Positions 54,497-63,271 of a DNA stretch of 64,000 nt are shown here, piece after piece. The DNA comes from Bacteroidales bacterium. GTDB lineage: Bacteria > Bacteroidota > Bacteroidia > Bacteroidales > UBA1715. The stretch is taken from NCBI GenBank assembly GCA_017516865.1, contig JAFXAU010000017.1:748-64747 (forward strand), given 5' to 3'. Within the stretch, counting starts at the first letter, position 1. Each line of letters opens with the position of its first letter. Position numbers and translations under genes: made by a program. The notes beneath the pieces were generated by a model. It ran no database searches. It saw nothing but the letters and a program-made list of their open reading frames with translations, and was not told the DNA's origin.

Positions 54497-56983
54497 ATGG
54501 CGAAGAAACTTGTAACTCTCATATTTCCCTTGCTTTTTCACATTGCGGTTTTCGCCCAGTCTGAATATATTTCCGTAAATTCTACCAAGGATTTTCACTT
54601 GAAAAGCGAGGAAAACACTCCTGTTTTGTTGAAGTCGCTTCCGTTTTTCGACGATTTTGCATACCCGTATCACACACCGCTCAGTACATTGTGGAAAGAC
54701 GCTGATGTGTACGTCAACACTGCATTTGCGAAAAACGAAATCACTATTGGCGTTGCTTCGCTCGATGCCATGGCAGGAAACGGGAAATTGCACGAAAATG
54801 TATCGACAACATCAACGATTTCGGATTATCTGACTTCACGTCCGATAAACCTAAAAACGTATGAACTAATGTATTACAGCGACAAACTGTATCGCCATGT
54901 TGGTGAATCGTTTCAATTGTTAGATGAGAATTATTTTTTGTTCGATTCGGAGAAGAATGAATATGTTCCCGTGACTCAGGGAATTGCATATCGTGCAGGT
55001 GATACGTTATATAATTTGAGTGCCGATGTATATACTCCAGTTCAAGATTCGCTTTTTGACGAACATCATAAATATATAAAAGGTTCGCGTACAACGGAGC
55101 ATGTCTTTTATAATTATGAATTGGCTGATTCGCTTGCGTTAAGTTTTTATTATCAGTCGGGTGGAGTAGTTGATACTCCAGAAGCAACCGATAGTCTGGT
55201 GTTGGAATTTTATGTCCCGTACGACACCTCGGGGATTTTTATCAATGAAATGTCGTCGGCGGGAATTGAATTGTACAATGCAACAGACACGGTTCTTTCT
55301 CTAAAAGGCTATTTTTTGATATTCAGTCCGTTAGAAACGTTGATTGAAAAAGATTCTTTGAAGTTTTTCCAATTGTCAGACGGAATAATTGACCCGTACC
55401 ATCATTATTTTTTCACGCCGGAACAGTTCTCAATGCAGTCGTTTACAAAGACGTATGCATATTTGTATTCGCCTGATACAGTTTGTGTCGACAGTATAGA
55501 TTTGCAACAAAAATTGTCTCAAAATGTCGTGTATGCACGTCTGACCGATGGGAATCCAGTGTGGTCGTACACGGCAATCGAAACGTTGGGTGACTGTAAT
55601 CCTTCGTGGCAGTGGGTTTGGTCGACGAGCAAGGCGACGGGAGACACGTTTGTCCCACAATTTGTTCCATTGAATTCTCAAGAATATTTGGTGAAGGGTT
55701 TTCGATTCCGCTTTAAAAATTATACGAGTTTGAGCAATGACGTAAGTCATGCCCGAAACGAGGATTTTTGGCACCTCGACGTGATTCTGCTTGATGCACA
55801 CCGCACGGCGAAAAATCTTCAATTCCCCGATGTGGCGTTTACAAAAAATATAACACCGCTCTATTCAAGGTACAAGGCTTTGCCTATGTCGCATTTCTCT
55901 CAGGTGACGGCAAACGATTTCCGTTTGACGATACCCTCGTCGTTCAAGAATTTTGACTCAGATTACAGAAAGGTGAAGTTTAATTTTGCAGTGAAAGGTC
56001 TGCATAAAGACGATGAAGTTGCTTTTACAACCTATGAGGCTGATATTCCTGCAAATACATTGGCTACGGAACGTGATATTTTGACGGATTTTGATGTGGA
56101 TTTTTATGATTTCATCGCTGACGATATCGATGTGTACGAGTCTGGTCAGTATGAATTTCAATATTATTTTACAGATAAAAATAATCCTTTGTATACGCAA
56201 TATCATTGGAACGATACCTGTCGGGTATTGTTGACGTTGGCGAATTATTATGCATACGATGATGGTTCGCCCGAGGCGGGCTATGGACTCCGCGACGCTC
56301 CGATGGGACGTGTTGCGTATAAATATGATATTTTGCAGAAAGATACGCTCCAGGCAATTTCCATGTATTTTAATCCTACTATGTTGGAAAATGCGGTGAC
56401 GTTTAATTTGTGCGTATGGGCGAACGATAATGGCTATCCGGGCGAGTTGTTGTATTATTCTCCAAGCGAGAAAGTTCAGTATGCCGAAGGCATGTATCAG
56501 TTTGTGGATTATGAGATTAAGCCAGAAAATATTGGGTCGGGCGAGAAGAATTTGATTGTCGAGAAATCCTTTTTCGTCGGCTGGGAACAGCCACACGATG
56601 TTTTGTTGAATGTCGGCATTGATTTGAACGCAAGTTTGAGCAACCGACTGTATTACAATTTGGGCTTTGAATGGGAAAATTCGGTTCAGACGGGTGCATT
56701 GCTGATGCGACCTGTTTTCGGAAAATTTCAATCTGCGCTGGCTGTAGAGCCAGTTACCGACAATCAGTCTGTTGTAATATATCCGTCTGTTGCGGACAAT
56801 GTTGTACACGTTGATGCGGAAACACACATTTTGTCGGTTGCCGTTTATGATATGAACGGGCAGAAGGTTTTGGAAACTGCTTCGTCGGAATTGTCTGTTT
56901 CGGCGTTACAAAACGGATATTATGTGGTTGTTGTGCGGACAAGCCAAGCTGTTGTCGCCAAACAAATAATTGTGCTGAAATAG
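54497..56983 (+). CDS. large secreted protein of unknown function with a T9SS type-A C-terminal sorting domain and a lamin-tail-like segment
   Basis: Signal peptide MAKKLVTLIFPLLFHIAVFAQ. IFINEMSSAGIELYNATDTVLSLKGYFL is encoded at about 55231-55325. C-terminus reads VVIYPSVADNVVHVD...VAVYDMNGQKV...LQNGYYVVVV... Confidence 0.65.
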   Translation: MAKKLVTLIFPLLFHIAVFAQSEYISVNSTKDFHLKSEENTPVLLKSLPFFDDFAYPYHTPLSTLWKDADVYVNTAFAKNEITIGVASLDAMAGNGKLHENVSTTSTISDYLTSRPINLKTYELMYYSDKLYRHVGESFQLLDENYFLFDSEKNEYVPVTQGIAYRAGDTLYNLSADVYTPVQDSLFDEHHKYIKGSRTTEHVFYNYELADSLALSFYYQSGGVVDTPEATDSLVLEFYVPYDTSGIFINEMSSAGIELYNATDTVLSLKGYFLIFSPLETLIEKDSLKFFQLSDGIIDPYHHYFFTPEQFSMQSFTKTYAYLYSPDTVCVDSIDLQQKLSQNVVYARLTDGNPVWSYTAIETLGDCNPSWQWVWSTSKATGDTFVPQFVPLNSQEYLVKGFRFRFKNYTSLSNDVSHARNEDFWHLDVILLDAHRTAKNLQFPDVAFTKNITPLYSRYKALPMSHFSQVTANDFRLTIPSSFKNFDSDYRKVKFNFAVKGLHKDDEVAFTTYEADIPANTLATERDILTDFDVDFYDFIADDIDVYESGQYEFQYYFTDKNNPLYTQYHWNDTCRVLLTLANYYAYDDGSPEAGYGLRDAPMGRVAYKYDILQKDTLQAISMYFNPTMLENAVTFNLCVWANDNGYPGELLYYSPSEKVQYAEGMYQFVDYEIKPENIGSGEKNLIVEKSFFVGWEQPHDVLLNVGIDLNASLSNRLYYNLGFEWENSVQTGALLMRPVFGKFQSALAVEPVTDNQSVVIYPSVADNVVHVDAETHILSVAVYDMNGQKVLETASSELSVSALQNGYYVVVVRTSQAVVAKQIIVLK

Positions 56984-56987
56984 CGAC

Positions 56988-57401
56988 CTATTTTTGCTGT
57001 TCCATAAAAGATTGAAGAATGATTGTCGCACTTATGCTGTCGACGACGGCTTTGTTTTGCCTGTCTTTTTTCTTCATACCTCCCGCAATCATAGTCTGGT
57101 GGGCGATGGTCGACGTGAATCGTTCGTCGATTTCGCTAAGAGGCATGTTAGGAAATTCTTTTTTGAACTGTTTCTCGAAAATCTTTACATATTGGGCATT
57201 TTCGGCAGGTTCGTTCCGCAATGTCGTGGGCATGCCTATTACCACTTGTTCCACATTCTCTTTTGAGAAATAGTCTTTCAAGAATTGAATCAAATCGCAG
57301 CTTCTGACTGTTGTCAGCGAATTGGCAATGATTTTCAACGGGTCGGTGACCGCAATCCCCGTCCGTTTTGTACCATAATCTATAGCAAGTATTCGTCCCA
57401 T
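56988..57401 (-). CDS. ruvX: Holliday junction resolvase-like RuvX (YqgF)
   Basis: Begins MGRILAIDYGTKRTGIAVTD. 137 aa. Confidence 0.92.
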   Translation of the reverse strand: MGRILAIDYGTKRTGIAVTDPLKIIANSLTTVRSCDLIQFLKDYFSKENVEQVVIGMPTTLRNEPAENAQYVKIFEKQFKKEFPNMPLSEIDERFTSTIAHQTMIAGGMKKKDRQNKAVVDSISATIILQSFMEQQK

Positions 57402-57508
57402 ATCGGTACAAAAATAAAAAAAGTATGTCGAAAAATGAGGCTGACGCGTTCAAAGTTGGACAAAAAATTGTACTTTTACCTCATTAAGCAATTTAAATTA
57501 AAATTTGT

Positions 57509-58099
57509 ATGAGTAAGTTTGAACTAATTACGTTACCGTATGCGGCAGATGGTTTGGAACCTGTCATCAGTCGCTCTACTATAGAATTCCATCACGGAAA
57601 ACATTTGGCTGGATATGTGAATAATCTCAATAATTTGATACAAGGAACAGAATTTCAGGAACTTTCGTTAGAAGAGATTGTGAAAAAATCCGAAGGTGCT
57701 ATAAGCAATAATTCCGGGCAGATTTTGAATCACAATATGTACTTTGAACAATTTACGTCAAAAAGCGAGAAGTCTGCTCCGACGGGAAAACTTGCCGAAG
57801 CAATTGCCAGTGCGTTTGGTTCGTTCGATTCTTTTAAGGAAGAATTTCAGAAGAAAGGTGCCGGACTGTTCGGTTCGGGGTGGGTATGGCTTTCGGCGGA
57901 CGCCGGTGGCAAACTTGTGATTACACAGGAGACCAATGCCGCAAATCCCGTACAGAAAGGTTTGCGCCCATTGTTGACGTTCGATGTATGGGAGCATGCA
58001 TATTATCTTGATTATCAGAATCGTAGACCAGATCATCTTGCTTCTTTATGGAAAATTGTTGATTGGAATGTGATAGAAAAACGGTACGAAAAACTATGA
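57509..58099 (+). CDS. sodB: Fe/Mn superoxide dismutase
   Basis: Contains LPYAADGLEPVIS..T.EFHHGKHH-like and DVWEHAYYLDYQN. Metal specificity cannot be read from the sequence. Confidence 0.92.
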   Translation: MSKFELITLPYAADGLEPVISRSTIEFHHGKHLAGYVNNLNNLIQGTEFQELSLEEIVKKSEGAISNNSGQILNHNMYFEQFTSKSEKSAPTGKLAEAIASAFGSFDSFKEEFQKKGAGLFGSGWVWLSADAGGKLVITQETNAANPVQKGLRPLLTFDVWEHAYYLDYQNRRPDHLASLWKIVDWNVIEKRYEKL

Positions 58100-58599
58100 A
58101 AAAAATTATCATATTTTGTTTGTCGTTGTGCTTTCTCTTGAGTTGTTCCAATTCCAAAGTCGACAATTCCGTCGTAAAAGAATTTGATATGGAACGATTT
58201 ACGGGCGACTGGTACGAAATTGCCCGGTTTGACCATCATTTTGAACATGGAATGGACTACGTAAAGTCGAATTTTGTGATAGACAAAGACGGCTCTATTA
58301 TTATGACAAATTACGGCATTCGTGAGGGACAAATGAAAATGGCTCGCGGGATTGCAAAACAGACAGATACTCCGGGATTGCTGGATGTTACGATGTGGAA
58401 ATTGGTTTTCGCCGATTATCGTGTCATGTTGCTTGACGAGAATTATCAATACGCATTGGTCAGCAGTGGCGGTGAAAAATGTTTGTGGCTGCTTGCCCGT
58501 ACACCGCAAGTTTCTGATGAGGTGAAAGATATACTGACACAAGAGGCGGAACGCCGTGGTTACGATGTCGCAAAACTTATATGGATAAAGCAGAAGTAA
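58096..58599 (+). CDS. blc: lipocalin family lipoprotein (Blc-like)
   Basis: ORF 58063 trimmed to the ATG at 58096, which overlaps the sod stop as ATGA. Lipobox LLSCSNS, and FTGDWYEIARFD. Confidence 0.8.
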   Translation: MKKIIIFCLSLCFLLSCSNSKVDNSVVKEFDMERFTGDWYEIARFDHHFEHGMDYVKSNFVIDKDGSIIMTNYGIREGQMKMARGIAKQTDTPGLLDVTMWKLVFADYRVMLLDENYQYALVSSGGEKCLWLLARTPQVSDEVKDILTQEAERRGYDVAKLIWIKQK

Positions 58600-59303
58600 A
58601 AAAACGTGTGAGCTCCGACGAAATTATTTCTCTGCTACAAGCCCTGCAAGACGAGAAATATGCTGCGTTTCAGCGTCCGCTTATGCCGACGGTTTCACCT
58701 GATACAATTATAGGTGTACGTACTCCAGATTTAAGACGTCTGGCTAAGAACATTCTGAAAACAGCAGATATTTCGGCTTTTTTGACACAATTGCCACATT
58801 CGTATTTCGAAGAAAATCAGTTACATGCGTTTCTCCTTTCTGGCGAAAAGGACTTCCAAACCTGTGTGCAAAATGTGGAACAATTTCTTCCGTATATTGA
58901 CAATTGGGCGACATGCGACCAACTTTCTCCACAATGCTTTGCAAAACATACGGCACAATTGCTGCCACATATTGAAAAATGGCTGAAATCCGAGCACGAA
59001 TACACGGTTCGTTTCGCCATTGGTATGTTGATGCGCTATTTTCTTGACGATGCGTTTTCGTCGCGGTATCACAAACTTGTAGCTTCGATTAAACGAGAGG
59101 AATATTACATAAAAATGATGCAGGCATGGTATTTTGCCACTGCACTTGCCAAACAATACGAGGCAACGTTGCCGTTTTTGCTCAATCATAAACTTGAGCC
59201 GTGGACTCATAACAAAACAATACAAAAAGCCGTTGAAAGCTATCGCATAACTGACGAGCATAAAACGTGTTTACGCACATTGAAAGTTGCGGTTAAGAAG
59301 TAA
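58581..59303 (+). CDS. DNA alkylation repair protein (AlkD-like HEAT-repeat family)
   Basis: 240 aa. Carries the family's typical pattern ...GVRTPDLRRLAK...DNWATCD... Confidence 0.7.
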   Translation: MDKAEVKKRVSSDEIISLLQALQDEKYAAFQRPLMPTVSPDTIIGVRTPDLRRLAKNILKTADISAFLTQLPHSYFEENQLHAFLLSGEKDFQTCVQNVEQFLPYIDNWATCDQLSPQCFAKHTAQLLPHIEKWLKSEHEYTVRFAIGMLMRYFLDDAFSSRYHKLVASIKREEYYIKMMQAWYFATALAKQYEATLPFLLNHKLEPWTHNKTIQKAVESYRITDEHKTCLRTLKVAVKK

Positions 59304-59354
59304 AAACAAGGTGCAATCCGCTTTATTTTTCAGTACAAAATTCGCCCGAATGTC

Positions 59355-59362
59355 TATCTTTG
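59355..59362 (+). promoter_or_regulatory. Bacteroidetes -7 promoter box (TATCTTTG)
   Basis: Exact match overlapping the TTG start used by the ORF track at 59360. It supports the ATG at 59378 as the true start. Confidence 0.55.
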
Positions 59363-59377
59363 CAAAAAAAGAAAAAG

Positions 59378-59983
59378 ATGGAACTGATTTTTGCGTCAAA
59401 TAACAGACATAAATTAGAGGAAATCGCCAAGATTGCAGGTAACCAATTTACTATCAAAAACTTAAAACAGGCAAATTGCGAAGGCGAAATTCCCGAAACA
59501 GGCACGACGTTGGCAGAGAATGCCCTCCAAAAGGCTCATTGGGTATACGACAAAACGGGGAAAAACTGCTTTGCCGACGATACCGGACTTGAAATTGAAG
59601 CGTTGAACGGTGCCCCGGGCGTCTATACTGCACGTTTTGCCGGCGACGATTGTACTCCCGAAGACAACATTCAGAAAACATTGCGGCTGTTGAAAGGCGA
59701 AACGAACCGTCGGGCTTGTTTCCGAACGGTGATTGCATGTATAATAGACGGGAAAGAGTATCTATTCGAAGGCGAAGTGAAGGGAAGCATTGCAACGGAA
59801 AAAATGGGCGAAGGCGGTTTCGGCTACGACCCGATTTTTGTCCCCGAAGGGTTTTCGGAATCGTTTGCACAAATGCCGCTGGAACAAAAAAACGGCATGA
59901 GTCACCGCGGACGTGCAACAGCAAAGTTTGTGGAATTTCTCAATACGTTAAAAAAAGTAAGTATTGAAAATAAGAGTAAATAA
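59378..59983 (+). CDS. rdgB: non-canonical purine NTP pyrophosphatase RdgB/HAM1
   Basis: Contains ELIFASNNRHKLEE, DDTGLEIEALNGAPGVYTARF and GFGYDPIF. Confidence 0.9.
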   Translation: MELIFASNNRHKLEEIAKIAGNQFTIKNLKQANCEGEIPETGTTLAENALQKAHWVYDKTGKNCFADDTGLEIEALNGAPGVYTARFAGDDCTPEDNIQKTLRLLKGETNRRACFRTVIACIIDGKEYLFEGEVKGSIATEKMGEGGFGYDPIFVPEGFSESFAQMPLEQKNGMSHRGRATAKFVEFLNTLKKVSIENKSK

Positions 59984-61777
59984 ATGACGCTCATTCAGTT
60001 ATTCAAAAACATTTCGGTGTACGTCCGTCCGTATCGGTGGATAGTGTTGATTACGCTTATTCTCACGCTTATCGGTTCGTTGTTGGCACAGGTTAATGCC
60101 ATCGTGCTCGACAAAACCGTCGATGCGATAAATCAGTTAGTTGGAACTACTGATTTTACGTGGGCGAAAGCGGCCCGGATACTGACTGTCATTAGTGTAA
60201 TTTTATTGTCGAAAGAACTTGTATCGGCACTTGTGACGTATGCGCAGAATTTTTTCGGCGAGAAAATGCGTATCGGCGTTTCGAAAGATATGTCGCTGTC
60301 GGTTGTGCGGAAAATATTGACGTTCAGGGTTGCGTTTTTCTCTCACGAAGAAAATGCTGCAGGAATGTTGCAGACGAGAATTACACAGGGCGTAATGAAT
60401 TTGTCGCGGACAGTACAAAATTTCTTCATCGACTTGCTGCCATTGTTCACGAGTGCGATAATCGCTCTGATTCTCATGTTTTCGGCAAATGTGTACGTCG
60501 GTCTGACGGCTCTCGCCATCGTGCCCGTGTATTTCATCATCACCGTCCGTCAGGCAAAGAAGTTAAAAGGCTGGCGGAGAAACATGCGTTCGTCGCACGA
60601 AAAACGCAGTCATGGAATTATGAATATAATTGAAAGTATTCAAGTGATTAAGTCGTTCAATCGCGAAAGTATTGAAGATGAAAAACATAGCAAAATCCAA
60701 AGTGAATTTTACGACAATCAGATGAACGTCCGCCGGACTTCGTTTTACTACGATGCGTTGAAAACCTTTGTCCGTCAGTTGGGGACTGTTTTGATTATCA
60801 TTCTCACCGCATATCTCGTACTGATTGACTATCCGGGAATGACGATAGGAAAAATCATGTATCACGTGATGTTGTTTGCCAACGTCACGGCACCGATTAG
60901 CCAGCTACAACGGATTTTCGACGACATGAACGATGCGTTGGTGTATGCCGAAAGTTTCTTTGACATTCTTAACGCCGATTCCGAAGTTGAAACGACGGGA
61001 ACGTATCGTCCCGAAAAAATTCAGGGCGAAATAGAAATTTCGCACGTGGATTTCACCTATCCAAACGGTACCAAGGCTTTGCACGATATTTCAATGAAAA
61101 TAGAAAGCGGCAAGATTACCGCTTTCGTTGGATTGAGCGGGGCTGGAAAGTCCACCATAATCAATTTGTTGGATAAGTTTTACGAACCCGATTGTGGTTC
61201 AATAAAGCTTGATGGCGTTGATTTGCGGGAATACGACACGCAATATTTGCGAGAACATATAGGTTTGGTTCTGCAGAAAAACCACATTTTTGAAGGCAGT
61301 ATAGAGGAAAATATCCGCTACGGCCGTCCCGATGCCACTCACGAAGAAATTCTCGAAGCGGCAAAGAAGGCATACGTTTATGACCAGATTATGGAATTGC
61401 CGAAGAAATTTGAGACTTTGGCGACAGAATTGTCGGGTGGACAACAGCAGCGCATTGCAATTGCACGAATGTTCCTTAAAAATCCGCCAATAATCTTTCT
61501 TGACGAGCCTACCGCTTCGCTCGACGCGGTTGCAACGGAGCAAATCAAGTCTGCTATCGACGATATGAAGAAAAACCGGACGGTAATCATCATTTCTCAT
61601 TCCATTTCGCAAATCATCGACAGCGACCAGATTTATGCACTGAAAGAAGGCCGTGTGGAACAAAGCGGCAATCCCGACGAGGTGTATAAACAAGGAGGCG
61701 TTTACAAGGAAATTGTCGATGCGTCGGCAAGAAGTCTTAATATAGAAAAACTTGCACAGACGATTGAACTTGATTGA
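59984..61777 (+). CDS. ABC transporter permease/ATP-binding protein (type I exporter, MsbA-like)
   Basis: Six-TM N-terminal half. Walker A GLSGAGKST, signature LSGGQQQR, Walker B IIFLDEPT. Confidence 0.9.
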   Translation: MTLIQLFKNISVYVRPYRWIVLITLILTLIGSLLAQVNAIVLDKTVDAINQLVGTTDFTWAKAARILTVISVILLSKELVSALVTYAQNFFGEKMRIGVSKDMSLSVVRKILTFRVAFFSHEENAAGMLQTRITQGVMNLSRTVQNFFIDLLPLFTSAIIALILMFSANVYVGLTALAIVPVYFIITVRQAKKLKGWRRNMRSSHEKRSHGIMNIIESIQVIKSFNRESIEDEKHSKIQSEFYDNQMNVRRTSFYYDALKTFVRQLGTVLIIILTAYLVLIDYPGMTIGKIMYHVMLFANVTAPISQLQRIFDDMNDALVYAESFFDILNADSEVETTGTYRPEKIQGEIEISHVDFTYPNGTKALHDISMKIESGKITAFVGLSGAGKSTIINLLDKFYEPDCGSIKLDGVDLREYDTQYLREHIGLVLQKNHIFEGSIEENIRYGRPDATHEEILEAAKKAYVYDQIMELPKKFETLATELSGGQQQRIAIARMFLKNPPIIFLDEPTASLDAVATEQIKSAIDDMKKNRTVIIISHSISQIIDSDQIYALKEGRVEQSGNPDEVYKQGGVYKEIVDASARSLNIEKLAQTIELD

Positions 61778-61804
61778 GTTTAATTTTGATTTCAGCTTAC
61801 TCTT

Positions 61805-61871
61805 CGTTGATAAAAAACACCGATACTTTTTCTAAGAACTATAAAAACCAACAACAATTTTTTTCTTGTAA
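61805..61871 (+). repeat. left copy of a direct repeat of about 65 bp
   Basis: Shares the blocks ACCGATACTTTTT (61819-61831) and AAAACCAACA (61844-61853) with 62003-62067. Block spacing is 25 nt in both copies. Confidence 0.7.
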
Positions 61872-61913
61872 GAAATATTCTTTTTTAGAGGAACATTTTG
61901 AGCGAAAAGAGGA

Positions 61914-62004
61914 CCAAAAAATTTTTCTCTCTCGAGAGAAAATTTTTTCTCTCCCCATTTTTTTAATTTTCCCTCTCTATCAAAAAAAAATTTTCTCTTT
62001 ATCG
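61914..62004. repeat. four degenerate 22-24-bp tandem units (A-tract, T-tract, CTCTC) including a 32-bp palindrome
   Basis: T-tract/CTCT junctions fall at 61927, 61949, 61971 and 61995. The palindrome spans 61917-61948 and is centred on CTCGAG (61931-61936). Confidence 0.7.
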
Positions 62005-62067
62005 TTAAAAAAAATGTACCGATACTTTTTTCAAAATATATGAAAACCAACAGTTATTTTTTTGTAA
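62003..62067 (+). repeat. right copy of the direct repeat of about 65 bp
   Basis: ACCGATACTTTTT at 62018-62030 and AAAACCAACA at 62043-62052, 199 bp from the left copy. Confidence 0.7.
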
Positions 62068-62445
62068 CCCTTGATTTGTATTGTTTTTTGACTTATTCTC
62101 TCACGTTTGTTTGTTTTTGAACGAAAAATTTTTCCTTCAAGATACTTGACTTTCGCTATTTCAATGTTGTATGTTTGCCCTCGGTTTTAGAAACCACTTC
62201 TGACATATTGACGACTCCAATTTTTTCACTGTAACCTAAATAGTCAATATGTCTTGCGCCAGCAAACGGGTCTGACGATTCTCTGTAATCAGACCTTAAA
62301 AACTTCAGAGAACGTGCTTCAGCATGCAGAGTTCCTTCTGATAGAGAAGGACGCCAACCGAGCAGAAAAGCAACGGTGGTCTTATATGCGAGGGAGTTGT
62401 CGCCCGATGCGGCGAACAATGAACTAAACAAAATCGCAGGAACTT

Positions 62446-63162
62446 ATGATGAGAGACCTTGCTGGCTTCTTGTTGACAGACGAGGAAGGGAAGAGGATGC
62501 GTCCCGACGTGATTCTTCATCTTGATAAGACACGTGAGGTTATTATCGATTCAAAAGTGTCGTTGACCGCATTTATGGACTACGTGAATGCAGAAGACGA
62601 AACAACCCGTCAAGCAGCTATGAAAGCCCATATCGAAAGTTTGCTCAAACACGTGAAGGAACTTTCCACCAAGGATTATTCCTCATACATTCAGGCACCC
62701 AAGGTGAAAATGGATTACGTGATAATGTTTGTACCTCATTCTGTTGCATTGTGGACTGCGTTGAACGCCCAGCCAGACTTGTGGCGGAAGGCAATGGACA
62801 TGAATGTATATATAGCCGACGAGCAGACGCTGTTTGCCGCCCTGAAAATCATAAACTTGACGTGGACACAAATCAAACAAGCCGAAAATCACGAAAAGGT
62901 GTACGAGTTGGCAAACGAAATGTTGAAACGTGTAGCATTGTTCGAAAATTCTTACAATGAAATAGGCAAGGCACTTGATAAAGCCCGTGGCGCGTACTCC
63001 GACGGCATGAAGAAGCTTACCGAAGCAGGACAGAGCATTCCTAACACCTGTAGAAAGCTGATTGCCCTCGGTGCAAAGGAAAACGACAAGAACAAACTCA
63101 CTATACATGAGGTTGACGATGTTCCCGCATTAGAAGAAAGCAAGGAGGGGGACAGTTTGTAA
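62446..63162 (+). CDS. rmuC: RmuC-family nuclease domain protein lacking the usual N-terminal half (possible 5'-truncated pseudogene)
   Basis: 238 aa: ...RMRPDVILHLDKTREVIIDSKVSLTAFMDY...DYVIMFVPHS...IADEQTLFAALKIINLTW. The TM/coiled-coil region and GxWGE motif are missing. The same frame is open back to 62212 except for TAA at 62425-62427. Confidence 0.7.
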   Translation: MMRDLAGFLLTDEEGKRMRPDVILHLDKTREVIIDSKVSLTAFMDYVNAEDETTRQAAMKAHIESLLKHVKELSTKDYSSYIQAPKVKMDYVIMFVPHSVALWTALNAQPDLWRKAMDMNVYIADEQTLFAALKIINLTWTQIKQAENHEKVYELANEMLKRVALFENSYNEIGKALDKARGAYSDGMKKLTEAGQSIPNTCRKLIALGAKENDKNKLTIHEVDDVPALEESKEGDSL

Positions 63163-63180
63163 CTCGGATAGTGAAAACCT

Positions 63181-63242
63181 AACTTTTGGGGAATTGATTC
63201 CCGAAAAGTTGTAACTTTTTTGGAATTGATTCCGGAAAAGTT
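63181..63242. repeat. two tandem 30-bp imperfect palindromes
   Basis: AACTTTTGGGGAATTGATTCCCGAAAAGTT (63181-63210), then gt, then AACTTTTTTGGAATTGATTCCGGAAAAGTT (63213-63242). Confidence 0.85.
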
Positions 63243-63243
63243 A

Positions 63244-63251
63244 TATATTTG
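63244..63251 (+). promoter_or_regulatory. Bacteroidetes -7 promoter box (TATATTTG)
   Basis: Exact match 20 nt upstream of the ATG at 63272, directly abutting the second palindrome. Confidence 0.55.
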
Positions 63252-63271
63252 AACTCGAAAACTTGTTGATT

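Noticed and set aside
61914-62004. Regularly spaced short repeats that superficially resemble a tiny CRISPR array.
   Set aside because: The units are only 22-24 bp in total and degenerate. They consist of A/T tracts plus CTCTC with no distinct spacers, and no cas genes or leader are present.
62156-62431. A 91-aa minus-strand ORF between the AT-tract island and rmuC.
   Set aside because: It has no recognisable motif, promoter box or signal. It lies antisense to sequence that looks like the decayed 5' part of rmuC, where the plus-strand frame is open except for one stop. It is most likely spurious, but an HMM or BLASTP search should be run before discarding it completely.
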